Under the pieces are notes generated by a model. The model was not told the DNA's origin and did no database searches. It saw only the letters and a program-made list of their open reading frames with translations. Below, piece by piece: positions 25,405 through 38,434 of a stretch of DNA of 64,000 nt (position 1 is the first letter of the stretch; the number at the start of each line of letters is the position of its first letter). This DNA is from Hormiphora californensis. Taxonomy: Eukaryota > Animalia > Ctenophora. A program made the position numbers and the translations under genes. Where the stretch lies: contig CM035355.1 of NCBI GenBank assembly GCA_020137815.1, forward strand, positions 2,108,001 to 2,172,000, given 5' to 3'.

Positions 25405-27891
25405 TCACACCGAGTTCACACCGCCATGCGTTAACATGTGCGAGTCTAAGAAACACTTCCAACTGGTCCCATAATTGCACTTCCGGCACCTGTAAATACC
25501 CTCCTGAAAGTCATCGTCTACCACTTTGTTTGGTCGCTTCTTTCCATTGCTGTTGGTAACCGTGGTAACTATTGCAGGGTTGTTAGTAACGTTAACTTGT
25601 TGCTGTTGCTGTTGCTGAGGTTGCTGTTGCTGTTGCTGTTGCTGAGGTTGCTGTTGCTGCGTGTATCCCCCAGTATCGAAGTATGTTAGCTGCTGGTATT
25701 GTTGCTGATACCCCGCTGTACACACATGTAGAGATAGGTCTGTTAGGTTGTCAGTTGAGTAGCCGCACTGGGAACATGTTGGTTTCCCTACCACCTGCTT
25801 CATGACCATTGCAGTGCGTTGTTGTTGTGCAGGGTGGGCTATAAGGATCTGTGTGGGCTGGCCGGATGTCATCTGAAGGGGCTGAGACGTGAGCTGGAGG
25901 GGCTGCGATGTAAGATGAACAGGCTGGGATGTCATTTGGATCGGCTGTGATGTGATCTGCATTTGTGATGACATTTGAACGGGTTGCGATGTGATCTGAA
26001 CTGGCTGCATTTGATGTTGATGCTGTTGATGTTGTGAGATAGCGGTCTGGCAGGGTGCCTGTGTAGTTAGTAACACAGTGGGAGCTGCTGATGTTGCTGT
26101 GTAATAGGACGACACTGCTGAGGAGACACAACCCTGGTTCCCTGCAGCTGTAGAGCAGGAGGATGAAGAGGAGGGTGTTAGTTGGGTTAGAACGGGTGCA
26201 GTGCTACTTGATATCGGGGTCTGCTCCTCACATCCTCCCCCTCCTTTCTCCCCCGCATCATCAACCTTAGCCTTCTTGTTCAACCTATAATCCAGTTCGT
26301 TAATAGAGTGAATTAGAAGGTGGGAGTCCATGAAACACTTCCAGGATGTTGAATAGTTGCACTGGGGACACTGGTATATTTGACCGGTGGTCCCTGCTTC
26401 GAGATGGAAGGCCACATTATGGTCACTGAACTCGTCCAGTACTGTCGTCTCGTAGTTACAGTGGCTACACGAGTATACTTTAGCCCAGGTCCGGTGTTTT
26501 CTTCTCCTGTGCTCATCTTTACTTGCCCTGAAAGTGGGAGAAATAAGTGAATATAGTTGTATACAAAAGTCAAAACCAAGCAGCATCAGGGAACTGGTTG
26601 GTACCCAGGTTTAATTCTCAAGTTGTCAAAAGTATCAAAATTATCAAAAGTATCAAAAGTAACTACCTGTTAGTGAAGTGAATATTGCAGTCAGTACATG
26701 TGTACAAGTTGCCCTGTGCGTAATGCGTTAGCTCATGGTTTTTTAGCTGTTGCTGCGATGACGTATAGAACTTTGCAACCCGGCCAGTGCCTACACTTTA
26801 AGTAGCTATCTGTCCCGGTCTCCGTCTTTGTAATCGTACCATTCTGAAACAGGGGGCGTAATGAGAGGGAATGGTTCTGAGGGTAAATATTTAGGGTTAA
26901 AAGGATTGACGGAATTCTTGTACAACCAATAAAAAGGGAGCATTACGTAATACTGCCACCTTTTAAAAGCATGCCGTCTAGACGGAGCAGTTTTATAATG
27001 GCTGAGAAAGACTCTATTCCCCCAAAATTAAGTGATTCTCCCATTAAAGCAATCTGTTTGAACCGAGCGGTACTTGTCGAGTAGTTAATCAATCCAACAT
27101 TTATCTGACTAAGAACACACTTGAAAACACAATCCATATTCGGTCATTTTTTAGATTTAGATTCATCTAATTGCACTCTAATGGCATATCTTAGCGAGAC
27201 TCGTATTGCAATAGAAAAGAAGGAAAATATATTGAAATCTTCAATATCTTTCCTTTCTTTTCTACCTCTATATGTAGAACGACAATATAGATCGGTTGAC
27301 AATTGATATGGAGACTGTCCCAGACTATTCATTAGAAAAGTGAAGAAAGGGATTAGAAAAGGATTAGAAAAGGATAAGAACAGGATTAGAAAAGGATTAG
27401 ACCAAGGTTAGAACATGATTATTCATCAAAACACACTCACCTGTTGAAATATTTGGCTCTGTATCTGTTGCGTGTGATCCTGCTGTACAATGTATGTCTG
27501 TGTCTGGTTGGGTGGCAGTGTGATGGTAGGAATGTTATACGCCACACTGCACGGTTGCCCACTGTAGAGCGCCTGGTGTTGCGAGTACTGTACTCCACCT
27601 CCACCACCAGCCACTGCTTTACCTACTGCTGTTCCTAGGGGAGGGATGGGTTATCTTACTGTTGAGAGGGAGGGATAGAAGGGGGAGTGAAAGAAAGTAA
27701 GAGGGAGCGAGAGAGAAGGTTAGAAAAAAGATAAAGACAAATAAAGAGGGAAAGGTCTAAGAGACTCGAGTGATAAAGACTACAAACAGCAAACAAATAA
27801 CACGTATTCGGTAGATATATTTCTCACCTGTGTCTGCTGTTGCTGCGGTTATCCAGCAGTTTTGTGCCGTGTTGTTTTCCATTCGTATCAT
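25405..27891 (-). CDS. Gln-rich C2H2 zinc-finger protein (about six fingers). Exons: 27891/27882-27828, 27634-27441, 26843-26667, 26527-25405, with one apparent +1 indel at ~26772.
   Basis: Fingers: CRHWPGCKFYTSSQQQLKNHELTH, CTDCNIHFTNRASKDEHRRRKH, CSHCNYETTVLDEFSDHNVAFH, CPQCNYSTSWKCFMDSHLLIH, CSQCGYSTDNLTDLSLHVC and CRKCNYGTSWKCFLDSHMLTH. Also polyQ and Q(I/M/L)TSQP repeats. Introns are GT-AG. Confidence 0.85.
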
Positions 27892-28455
27892 TGATCATTC
27901 GGTTGAGCTATAATTCAAAGGGGGAAGCATGAGTTGTCTGTGTATACTGTATTGTCTGTCAACAGTATATTATATATGATCCTGTCTTTTATTGTTCAGA
28001 GCGTCAGACAGGATAATAATTAATAAATGTCTTTAGACAAGAGATTTATTATCCTGTCACTCGGCAGCAGTACCCTAGCGTACTGCCACAGTGTACAACA
28101 GTGTCTGCATACATGTATCCTGTCACTAAACCCGGTGATGTGATTTGGTTTAGTTTCCTCATGTCAACAGATCTGCGAATGCCGAATACCAAATAAGTTA
28201 TAACAAGCTGGGCCCTGTCAGTTGTCACCCAATTAATTAGTCAATTGTAATTGCTTGCTATTTGTATATGTCAAACTTGTCTTGTTCGACCCTCTCTCTC
28301 TCTCTCTGTGCCCCTTGACGGTGAAAATAAAAGGGTTTGAATGTCAAACTTGTCAATGCCCGATTACAAAAGCTGGATACAAAACTACGCAAGTAAGATA
28401 AATCCAGAAAAAATAAATTAATAAAAACTCAAACAGCTAAAAAACAACCCCTCTC

Positions 28456-29361
<906 letters not shown>

Positions 29362-30555
29362 GATCTAACTTGTTGATCTATATTTTTAAGTAATAGGGTG
29401 TCAAATAAGTTTGAAATGTAACTCAGTGGTGTTGAGCAAACTTTTCAGTTCGTTTATTTTGTTCAGAGCCGGGCAACCTGTACGATCGAGAACTTTCCTT
29501 GTTTTAAAAAAAAATCGTGTCTCTAATTTGAGTTTCAACGTAAAATAGGGCTGTATAGCTTCGCTTGGCCTGTTTACATATTAAAATGGCTCTAACCGGG
29601 CACTAACCACCAAATCACTTTGGCTAATTCAAAGATTATCTGATAGGAAATCTCCAACCCCAACCCGAGTCCCGAACCCCAGCCGTAACCCTACGGCCCT
29701 AAGGCCTAACTCTAAAAAACCCGTGGAGTACTGTACTCCGAGTACAGCTGACGTCTGACACTCAACACAGCCAGATTTTAAGTTTACGGCATATGTAGTT
29801 TGACGGGAGTTTGACGCGGACAAGTTTTGGCATATGCTACAGACCGCAATGGCCATTGTAGCGGGAGATAAGACAGCGCTTTTGACTTTTAGGAACACAT
29901 TTTGAAATTTGATCCAAAATCACAAATTTGTGAGATGAAAAATCGCAAATAAAATTTAGATTTGAGTTTGATTTTAGCGCCGCGCATTCGCTTTTTCAAG
30001 CGCGCCCGGGGAAATCTTTTGCGCGGCTGATGTTTTGCGCGTACTAATTTTCCGAAAACAGCACTTCCGTCTTTGTCAATGTCACTTACGACCCCGATTT
30101 TATACCAAAGACACAGATAATATAAGATAATTTAACGATGGTCTAAAAAGTGTTTACATAGTAAACAATAACAAATCACACGTGCCTCAATCTCAGTTTC
30201 TCAGTTCTTACTCTCATCTTGAAGGGCACATGACCACACAACCAGGGGCCGGGTCTACAGGGGGGAAGGTAACCATGGCAACATTATGAAAATCACGTAC
30301 AGACAAATCTACACACACACGTACTAAGTCTCATCTAAACCTATCCACTTTTTACACATTTTATACTGTCTTTTTCTCTCGCAGATCAAGCTACTACATC
30401 CCTTCTAAGTTGGAACTGTTTGAATCTATCACAGTCTGTGCCCTCTTTGATAACAATAATACCACCAAATCTCTCCCCCGGCCTTTCTGTCTCTCTCTCT
30501 CTAGATACTCTTTATCTCTCTCCCACAGAACAAGTTATCACAGTGTCTGATACTC

Positions 30556-33500
30556 TCATTGTTGCCTGCAATCCCCGCTCGCTTCATCCGTTGTCATCAT
30601 TTTCTGAAACTCGCTGTAATCAATGAGACCATCCTTATCGAGATCAACGAGCGTTAGCAACTGAGAATATAAATAGGGTTGTATTAGGGTTGTTTGGTAA
30701 ATAGGGTTGTATTAGGGATTAGGGAATGTGAAAATATAGGGTCATTAAAAACAAACAAAACATCAAATCAAGTCGGATATGTAATTCCAAATTATAAAAA
30801 GGCGATTTGTTCCAGGATCTCTTACCTCTTTTGCCTCGTCTGTTGAAAGTGGTTCCCCGTACGTACACAGAGCGTATCTCAGCTCCTCGGCATCCACGTA
30901 TCCATCTTTATTCCGATCAAACACAGCGAATGCTTTGATAATCTCTCCCTTCTCGATTTCGCTCCATGTTTCACTGGCCATGAGACCAAGGAACTCATCG
31001 AACTCTATCGTCTTGCTGTTGTTCGTATCAACCTCCTCTGAAAAGAATGGGGTTGAGAAATGTTGTACTAGTGTAACATCAAACTGTGCAAAAAATTCTG
31101 CCAGAGGAGTCTTAAAATCGAGGGTTTGCTGAACCGTAAATCTTGGTGGGTAATCTGATAACCAAAATAAATAACCAAAATCATACTACTTACTAAGCAA
31201 ATTGTGTGACACACATCACCTAGCAACTACACTTGCACGTGCAATTATTAGAGGGACCTGGAGACCTCTCTCCCGGTTGCAGTTGGGTACCAAGGGGAAA
31301 TTCAATTCTGCACGTGCATTCTTTTACTTCTGTCCTGATGTCTAGCTCTTCCACCCCAAGCGCTATTCAGCAACGTTTAAATCTAGGTCCGGGAGAACTG
31401 CTGCTGTCAGGGAGCAGGCTAGAGATTAGAGAATATGACAGATTACGCCAACGTGTTCAAGCGAGCCAATCAACGACTACTGGTAGTTTTACCCACCGTC
31501 GCCCAAGGGTGATTACCCCAGTCGAATATAGAAATCTCCGAATCGGCTACATAGCGGCCAAGTTTTCACGTGATGAGTTTCTGGAACAGCACTGCACCTC
31601 CCTGACATTGATTTCTTAAATTCGCACCTTGACATTGTCAGGAAGCCCAGAGCATACAACAACATGGATAGGGAGAAGTGAGAGATAGGCTAGGAACGGA
31701 TGGTGCAGGTGATGTCAGCGTTCCCTAACCCAGCTATCATTTCCCCGAAATTCGCCCGTAGGGCGAACGGGCCTACTAGTAACTGTTATTGAAAAAGTCG
31801 ATTATATATTCATACCGATGATTTTATTGAGATCGCTAGTAGAGAGAGATTTTCCAAGGTGAATTCTAAAAACATGACCCAACTCATCCACACTAATGCT
31901 CCCATCGTTGTTTCTGTCAAACAGTTTGAACAGCTGTCGATATGATTCTATCTGAGGAAAGGGACAGAGGGTTAACTAAGGGGGATATGATTCTATCTGA
32001 GGAAAGGAGAGGGTTAATTAAGGGTTAATTACGCGGGATTAAGGGTTAATTAAGGGTTATATGATTCTATCTGGGAGGGAAGGAGAGGGTTAATTAAGGG
32101 GGATATGATTCTATCTGGGAGGGAAGGAGAGGGTTAATTAGGGGGGGGGGGGTTATTGCACAATAAATGGGGGTTAGATCGGTGGGGGGGGGGGGGGTTA
32201 ATGATACTACGAATGGGGTTAAATCGAGGGGATAATGGGAAATTGGGTTGTAAGAATAGGAAATGCGGAACATAGAGATCTAAATAATACTCGTATCGTT
32301 AGATAGGGTCGGAGTGGGAAGTTGTTACTCACACGGCGTGCCTGGTGAAATTTTAACACGACCTAGCATGCGACGGGAAACCACCACTTGTACGTGGTAG
32401 CTGAGGGTCTACAGAATGGCGCTACGGTGCGGGAAAAAAAGTCCATGCCCTAAAATCGTTTTTTTTACTTTTATTTGATTTGGGTCAAAATTGGCTATAT
32501 TAAACGTGGTCCCGAAAAATCCATAATGACTTAGCACACGAAATATGTCACCCCTACCTATTTTTGCACGTAGAATCGATTGCCGTTAAAGTCGAATTTC
32601 TAAAATGACTGTAAAATGGTCAAAAGTTGATTTTTTACCATTTTTTGGAGGTTTTTGGCCCCTAAACCATTGAAAACGTTGAGATAGGGATTTGAAACTA
32701 GTGCCAATCGTTAAAATGGTCATTTTTCTACCAAGAACCAAGTTTTCGTGTATATCCGATTTATGGTTAGATTTGGGCAAATTGTTGAAATCTGACAACT
32801 AGGAGAACCGTAACTTGATTTTCTTGTTTTTTGGATTTTGGCATTTTTGACAAACTTCTGATTGAAATGGTCAATCGGGACCATGCTTAAGTTGTTTATG
32901 GGACAATTTTCGACTAAAATCCAAGATTTCATACCAATCCAATAACAGATCGTTGATTTATAGAAAATTTAAGTAGGCAAAACGGTGAAAATGACAACTT
33001 TTCTTGCTTATTTTCACCGTTTTGCCTACTTAAATTTTCTATAAATCAACGATCTGTTATTGGATTGGTATGAAATCTTGGATTTTAGTCGAAAATTGTC
33101 CCATAAACAACTTAAGCATGGTCCCGATTGACCATTTCAATCAGAAGTTTGTCAAAAATGCCAAAATCCAAAAAACAAGAAAATCAAGTTACGGTTCTCC
33201 TAGTTGGCAGATTTCAACAATTTGACCAAATCTAACCATAAATCGGATATACACGAAAACTTGGTTCTTGGTAGAAAAATGACCATTTTAACGATTGGCA
33301 TTAGTTTCAAATCCCTATCTCAACGTTTTCAATGGTTTAGGGGCCAAAAACCTCCAAAAAATGGTAAAAAATCAACTTTTGACCATTTTACAGTCATTTT
33401 AGAGATTCGACTTCAACGGCAATCGATTCTACGTGCAAAAATAGGTAGGGGTGACATATTTCGTGTGCTAAGTCATTATGGATTTTTCGGGACCACGTTT

Positions 33501-33781
33501 AATATAGCCAATTTTGACCCAAATCAAATAAAAGTAAAAAAAACGATTTTAGGGCATGGACTTTTTTTCCCGCACCGTAGCGCCATTCTGTAGACCCTCA
33601 GCTACCACGTACAAGTGGTGGTTTCCCGTCGCATGCTAGGTCGTGTTAAAATTTCACCAGGCACGCCGTGCTCAACGACTGAGAAGGGACTATCCCGTAT
33701 TCGGATCACTCGACTTATAAGAATAATATTATGAGCAAGATAGCTGTCCATCAAAATTCCTACTTCTTCGAGTGAGAACAT
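30556..33781 (-). CDS. Calmodulin-like protein with four EF-hands. Exons: 33781-33764 (candidate first exon), 31951-31816, 31037-30826, 30660-30556.
   Basis: EF loops DRNNDGSISVDE, DTNNSKTIEFDE, DRNKDGYVDAEE and DLDKDGLIDYSE. In-phase GT-AG introns. Ends DEASGDCRQQ*. Too divergent to be canonical calmodulin. Confidence 0.88.
31940..32140. repeat. Irregular tandem repeat (4 copies) of the splice acceptor of the calmodulin-like gene's first EF-hand exon
   Basis: ATATGATTCTATCTG followed by purine-rich GAGGGTTAA at ~31940, 31985, 32059 and 32103. Confidence 0.8.
32332..33670. mobile_element. 1339-bp foldback non-autonomous DNA transposon with Chapaev-like ends
   Basis: 661-bp inverted arms with about five mismatches and a 17-nt spacer (32993-33009). 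Termini CACGGCGTG...CACGCCGTG. 4-bp TSD CTCA at 32328-32331 and 33671-33674. Confidence 0.9.
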
Positions 33782-35167
33782 CTTGTCTTTTAGACCGTCA
33801 TCAAAGTTAATTTATTACCAATGGTGAAGTAATGAACTCGCGTACTCAACAAGACAATAATTGAGTGAAAAAGGAATTTAAATACGAAATGAAATTGGGT
33901 CCTCTGTACATTTCATATGAAGTTGTCATGGAAGCAGGTGTCAGTTGTGGTCATGATAACAGTAAAATTCTTATGTCCATATATGGTAATGTAATAGTTA
34001 ACGAGCCACACCCCCTCTCCAATGAACGAACAAGTGTGATTTTGTATTTTCTCACACCCCAACTCCATTATATTATCAGGGGATATTAGAATTATGAAGT
34101 TTGCAGACGCTCCCTAATTCTGTCATACTAACCAAAGCTTCTTCGGAGAGATCAGTGAGTAAATTCATCAGCCAGTTTCCTGCTATTACAGCAGTTGGCA
34201 CGCTAGGAGAGAGAATATGGAGCTCTGTATGTATGACGCACTATAATATTTTTAATACTGCTAAAAACGTAAATCAGATTACAAAGGTACTGGTGAAAAT
34301 AGAAAAGTTTGTTTTGATTTCTGAATCTCATATCAAAGAACAGGCGCAAAAGTTCACTCTAACTCTACACAACTGTGTTGGCCCTCACAGAACAGCCTGG
34401 TTCTTATTCTTGTAAGAAGCCGTGCCGCCCCGAAGGCTAGGTGGACGGTGAAGCAGTGAAGCTTGGTTACTTAGCTGGGGATAATTCCAATAATATCCGA
34501 AACGTTTTCAATAACCGAAGAACACCATCATATATATGCGGCACCTAGACTAGTTTCAGTTCATTTCAAGTCAATTGAACGAAATATCCTGTATACTATG
34601 GATAGTAACTAGCCCGGCCTATGTGTCAACCTGGTTAACTGAATCAGGAAAATACGAAGAATATGTCTGGCCTGCTATAGGGCTACTGCAGTGCAACTGT
34701 TGGAGACTAGGGCCCACCTCCTTCCATGATACCTCACCCACCCAACTTCTCTCTCTCTCCCTCTCCCTCTCTCTCTCTCTCTATCTAGTTTCTCTCTCTC
34801 TGTCTTTCTAGTTTCTCTCTCTTTCTCCCTCTCCCTATCTCCCTACCATTCCCTTCCCCCATTTACCACCTGTACACATGTTTCTCTCTGTAGTCTGTTA
34901 TCTAACCCTCTCCCAACAAGCTTTTTCTGAATTCTGGTGAAACTGTTTTCCTTGTCCCGTGTAAAACTAAATAACTCTCACCCTGAAGCAAGCTAAGAAT
35001 AGTAAGAATGGCCATGAGGCACATGGCCGTGAGAGAAGTTAGGATGATTTCAATCAATACACACACTGAAAACAATGCAAGATTGTGCCGTGAGATCAAT
35101 ATCTTGCCTGCTCTCTCTCTCTCTCCCCCACTCTCTCCCATTCAAACCCACTCTGTTGGAGGAAGAA

Positions 35168-35268
<101 letters not shown>

Positions 35269-35493
35269 AGGCAGGCAGGCAGGCTAGACAGCCTTGCTAA
35301 ATTAGACGTGCACAGTGAATCGGGTAAGAAGTGCTACCCTGAATTCAAATGAAAGGGAGACAAAAAGAGAGTTTGAGAGAGAAATGAAGACAAAAAGAGA
35401 GTTTCAGAAAGGACGGCCTGTTCAGAGCGGAAGTTCATAAACTTTTGCACGCAAGCTGATAGGTGTGACAAAGCCTAATTACCATCCATCTCA

Positions 35494-35582
<89 letters not shown>

Positions 35583-36425
35583 CTCTTTCTTTTCCACTAC
35601 AGTTACTAGCGGGAAGGATGTAATAAGGACGCAGATTATCACTGTAGCTACCCACATAACATGAACATCTCTGTTAAATCCAGTCTGGATTATCCAGCTA
35701 GAAGTTATTGTCATCATGATCAGTTTGTCACAAACAGTCACAAAATGTTTTTCAAGCATAAACCAAAGTTCTGAACTGGAAATATTGGTATCCGCTAGCA
35801 CAAATCTACAAAAGCTCATACCGATAAGTGTGCAAGTTAATTTCCATACAGGCTTGCTGGCTTGCATCTATAAATAAAGCTACTTTCCGAATTCTAGGAA
35901 CTGAATTCTCCAAGAAGGATCTGTGGAGACGATCGGATACAACTCACCATATCTCTGTTGATCAGAGCTTGCATTCGGGCCCACCGATTTTGTTCCGCAT
36001 CCTCGGCATCTTTTCTTTTATGGGCACACCTTGATTCGGTACCTCCCGCATCAGAAGATTTCCGCTGTTTCATAACAAATGAAGAAATCATGGTCGTTGC
36101 TAGGCAGGTGAATCTGGTTACTAGGCAATGTTGCTAGGCTATTGAAATGAATAAGAGGAGGCAAAACGGGAACCAAGGTCCAAGCATCTATCCCACGAAC
36201 AAGCAAAAGGCCTTGTTGAGTAAAAAAGGCCAGAAATAGTTCACAGGAAAACTAAACCAACAGCTCTGACGGCAACCAAAAATACACCGCGCCTTGTCTG
36301 TCTGTATTTTAGTGTTTTAGGGTGGTAGTTAAAATAGAGCCACAACCAAACCAGTAATGCAATTTAGGGGAATGACGCAGACAAGAATGGAGGGAAATAT
36401 AGAGAGAGATAGGGTGAGAGAGAGA

Positions 36426-36515
<90 letters not shown>

Positions 36516-37467
36516 GAGAAATAAAAAGATGCTGGGTATTTCTAGTTGAAATCACATGGTTATGATTTGGTAGAGCCAACCCTTAGGGCGCCCACGTACT
36601 TCATATATTTACTCAACAATATTCTACAGAATATAATGCCTCTAAATAAAGAATGGGAGACATATCGTCACATTATTCAATTTTTGGCAATGATGTAACT
36701 AATTCTTTAGGATCTTTGAGCATGACTGGAATCTAAACCAAAGCAGGCTGAAACAGTTAAGCCGGGGGGAAGAGGACTAACAAATCCCACCCTCAAACCA
36801 GGCCGGGGAAAGGAATCTCTATGGTCCCATCCCTTAATCTCAACCATTGTGGAGACGGCCTCAAAGAAGAAGAAGAAGGCAGGAGAACGAACAAGTTCAA
36901 AATAATTCAAGAAGCTGTTACGAGGAAACAATCTAGACTGTACTACGGAAGAGACCTATGAAATTGCATTAACATGCCGTGTGCGTGACCAACCCAGTTG
37001 TTCATGTCTTGGGTCTAAAGTCGTTATACTGCCTTCTGTTTCCCCCTTTTCCGCTTGGTGTTAGGCCCCGTCCATATAGGAGTGGTAACAGGTAGTGGCA
37101 GCTGGATACCCTAGCTGCAATATAGGTCTGCCATATCAGCATGTCTTCTCACTATTCCAGGGACGATTTGATATAAAGCGTATCATCAGTTTAAACAGAA
37201 TCAGAAAGACATGATAGTCTATGGGGTATGCACCAAGTCAACTGTTTCAGACTGAGGAAACGTATATATTGGAGGGGAGAAGAGAAGCACAAGAAATGAA
37301 GCAGTCAATCAAAAAGGCTATGAGATATTAAAACAAGTCACTGTACTACTTGCAGATATATTGAAAAACAAACATGAGTTATACCTAACAAACAAGAATA
37401 TTCCAGTTTGTGGGCTTCTTGACGAGCCAAGATAGCGAGAGTGACTGAGTGAGAGAGAGGGAGAGAG

Positions 37468-37531
<64 letters not shown>

Positions 37532-37892
37532 GAGAGAGATTGGAAAGTATTGTCGTGTAACGGTCTGTTAACCTTCCGTTTTTCTTGTCGTCACCTAACT
37601 TTTAGTTGCAGTGTGACTCACTGTGAGTGAGTGAAAGAGAGAAGTAAGTGAGTGAAAGATAAACTTGCGAGGGTGGAAGCTACCCCGCCCAACCACGTTA
37701 CAGTGTCTGTCTACCAGACTACTAGCAGTCATGACAGATAGGTCTATTAGATGACCCGACGGTAAAAGAGAGACAGTTGTACGGATTTCATGATTTCCAG
37801 AAGGCTCTTCGATTAATTAGTTAACAATTTCTAGAAGTGTTTAATGTTAACTGATTATATCAATAACATTAATTAGTTAATTAATTACTCAC

Positions 37893-37991
37893 CGCGTCCT
37901 CTGAATCCTTGTTAGCCCCCAGAGTGTTCATTACAAGATCGTTAACTGCCTCTCCCAGTGCTTTCTCCTCCCTCTCCTTCTCCTCGTTGTT
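37893..37991 (-). CDS. Candidate internal phase-0/0 exon (NNEEKEREEKALGEAVNDLVMNTLGANKDSEDA), possibly part of the calmodulin-like gene
   Basis: TTTAG acceptor, 99-nt open frame, GTGAGT donor. Confidence 0.45.
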
Positions 37992-38377
37992 CTAAACAGT
38001 GGGGAAATGAAGGAGTTAGAGATGAATGAAGGAGTTAGAGGTGACCTGATATTAGGTCCTTAGTGTCCTGTTGAACCCCCAAATTGTGTCGCTTAGCATA
38101 GAAACCATGCGGTAAGAATATAATAGTGTTTATTGGTCAACTAGTTTAAACCTAGACAACCTATTGACGTAACTTCCCTCTAAACCTCCTAACTGTAATG
38201 TGAGTCGTATATAACAGAACACCTTGATATACAAATGACAACGGACAACCTTATACCTCGCCTCAAAATACAAAAGTTATATGTACAGTTGGCTACTGGC
38301 CGGGCTAGCGAGAAGGACAACAAAGCAAAACACAGGGTGACATCAAGTAAAGTGGTGGTCGATGATAAAATAATTTA

Positions 38378-38434
<57 letters not shown>

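Noticed and set aside
29655-29715. Telomere-like (TAACCC) variants
   Set aside because: Short, highly degenerate and interstitial, so not a telomere.
32586-33593. Mirror-image ORFs on opposite strands (also 58174-58680 and 61512-62913)
   Set aside because: By-products of palindromic elements, with no transposase motifs.
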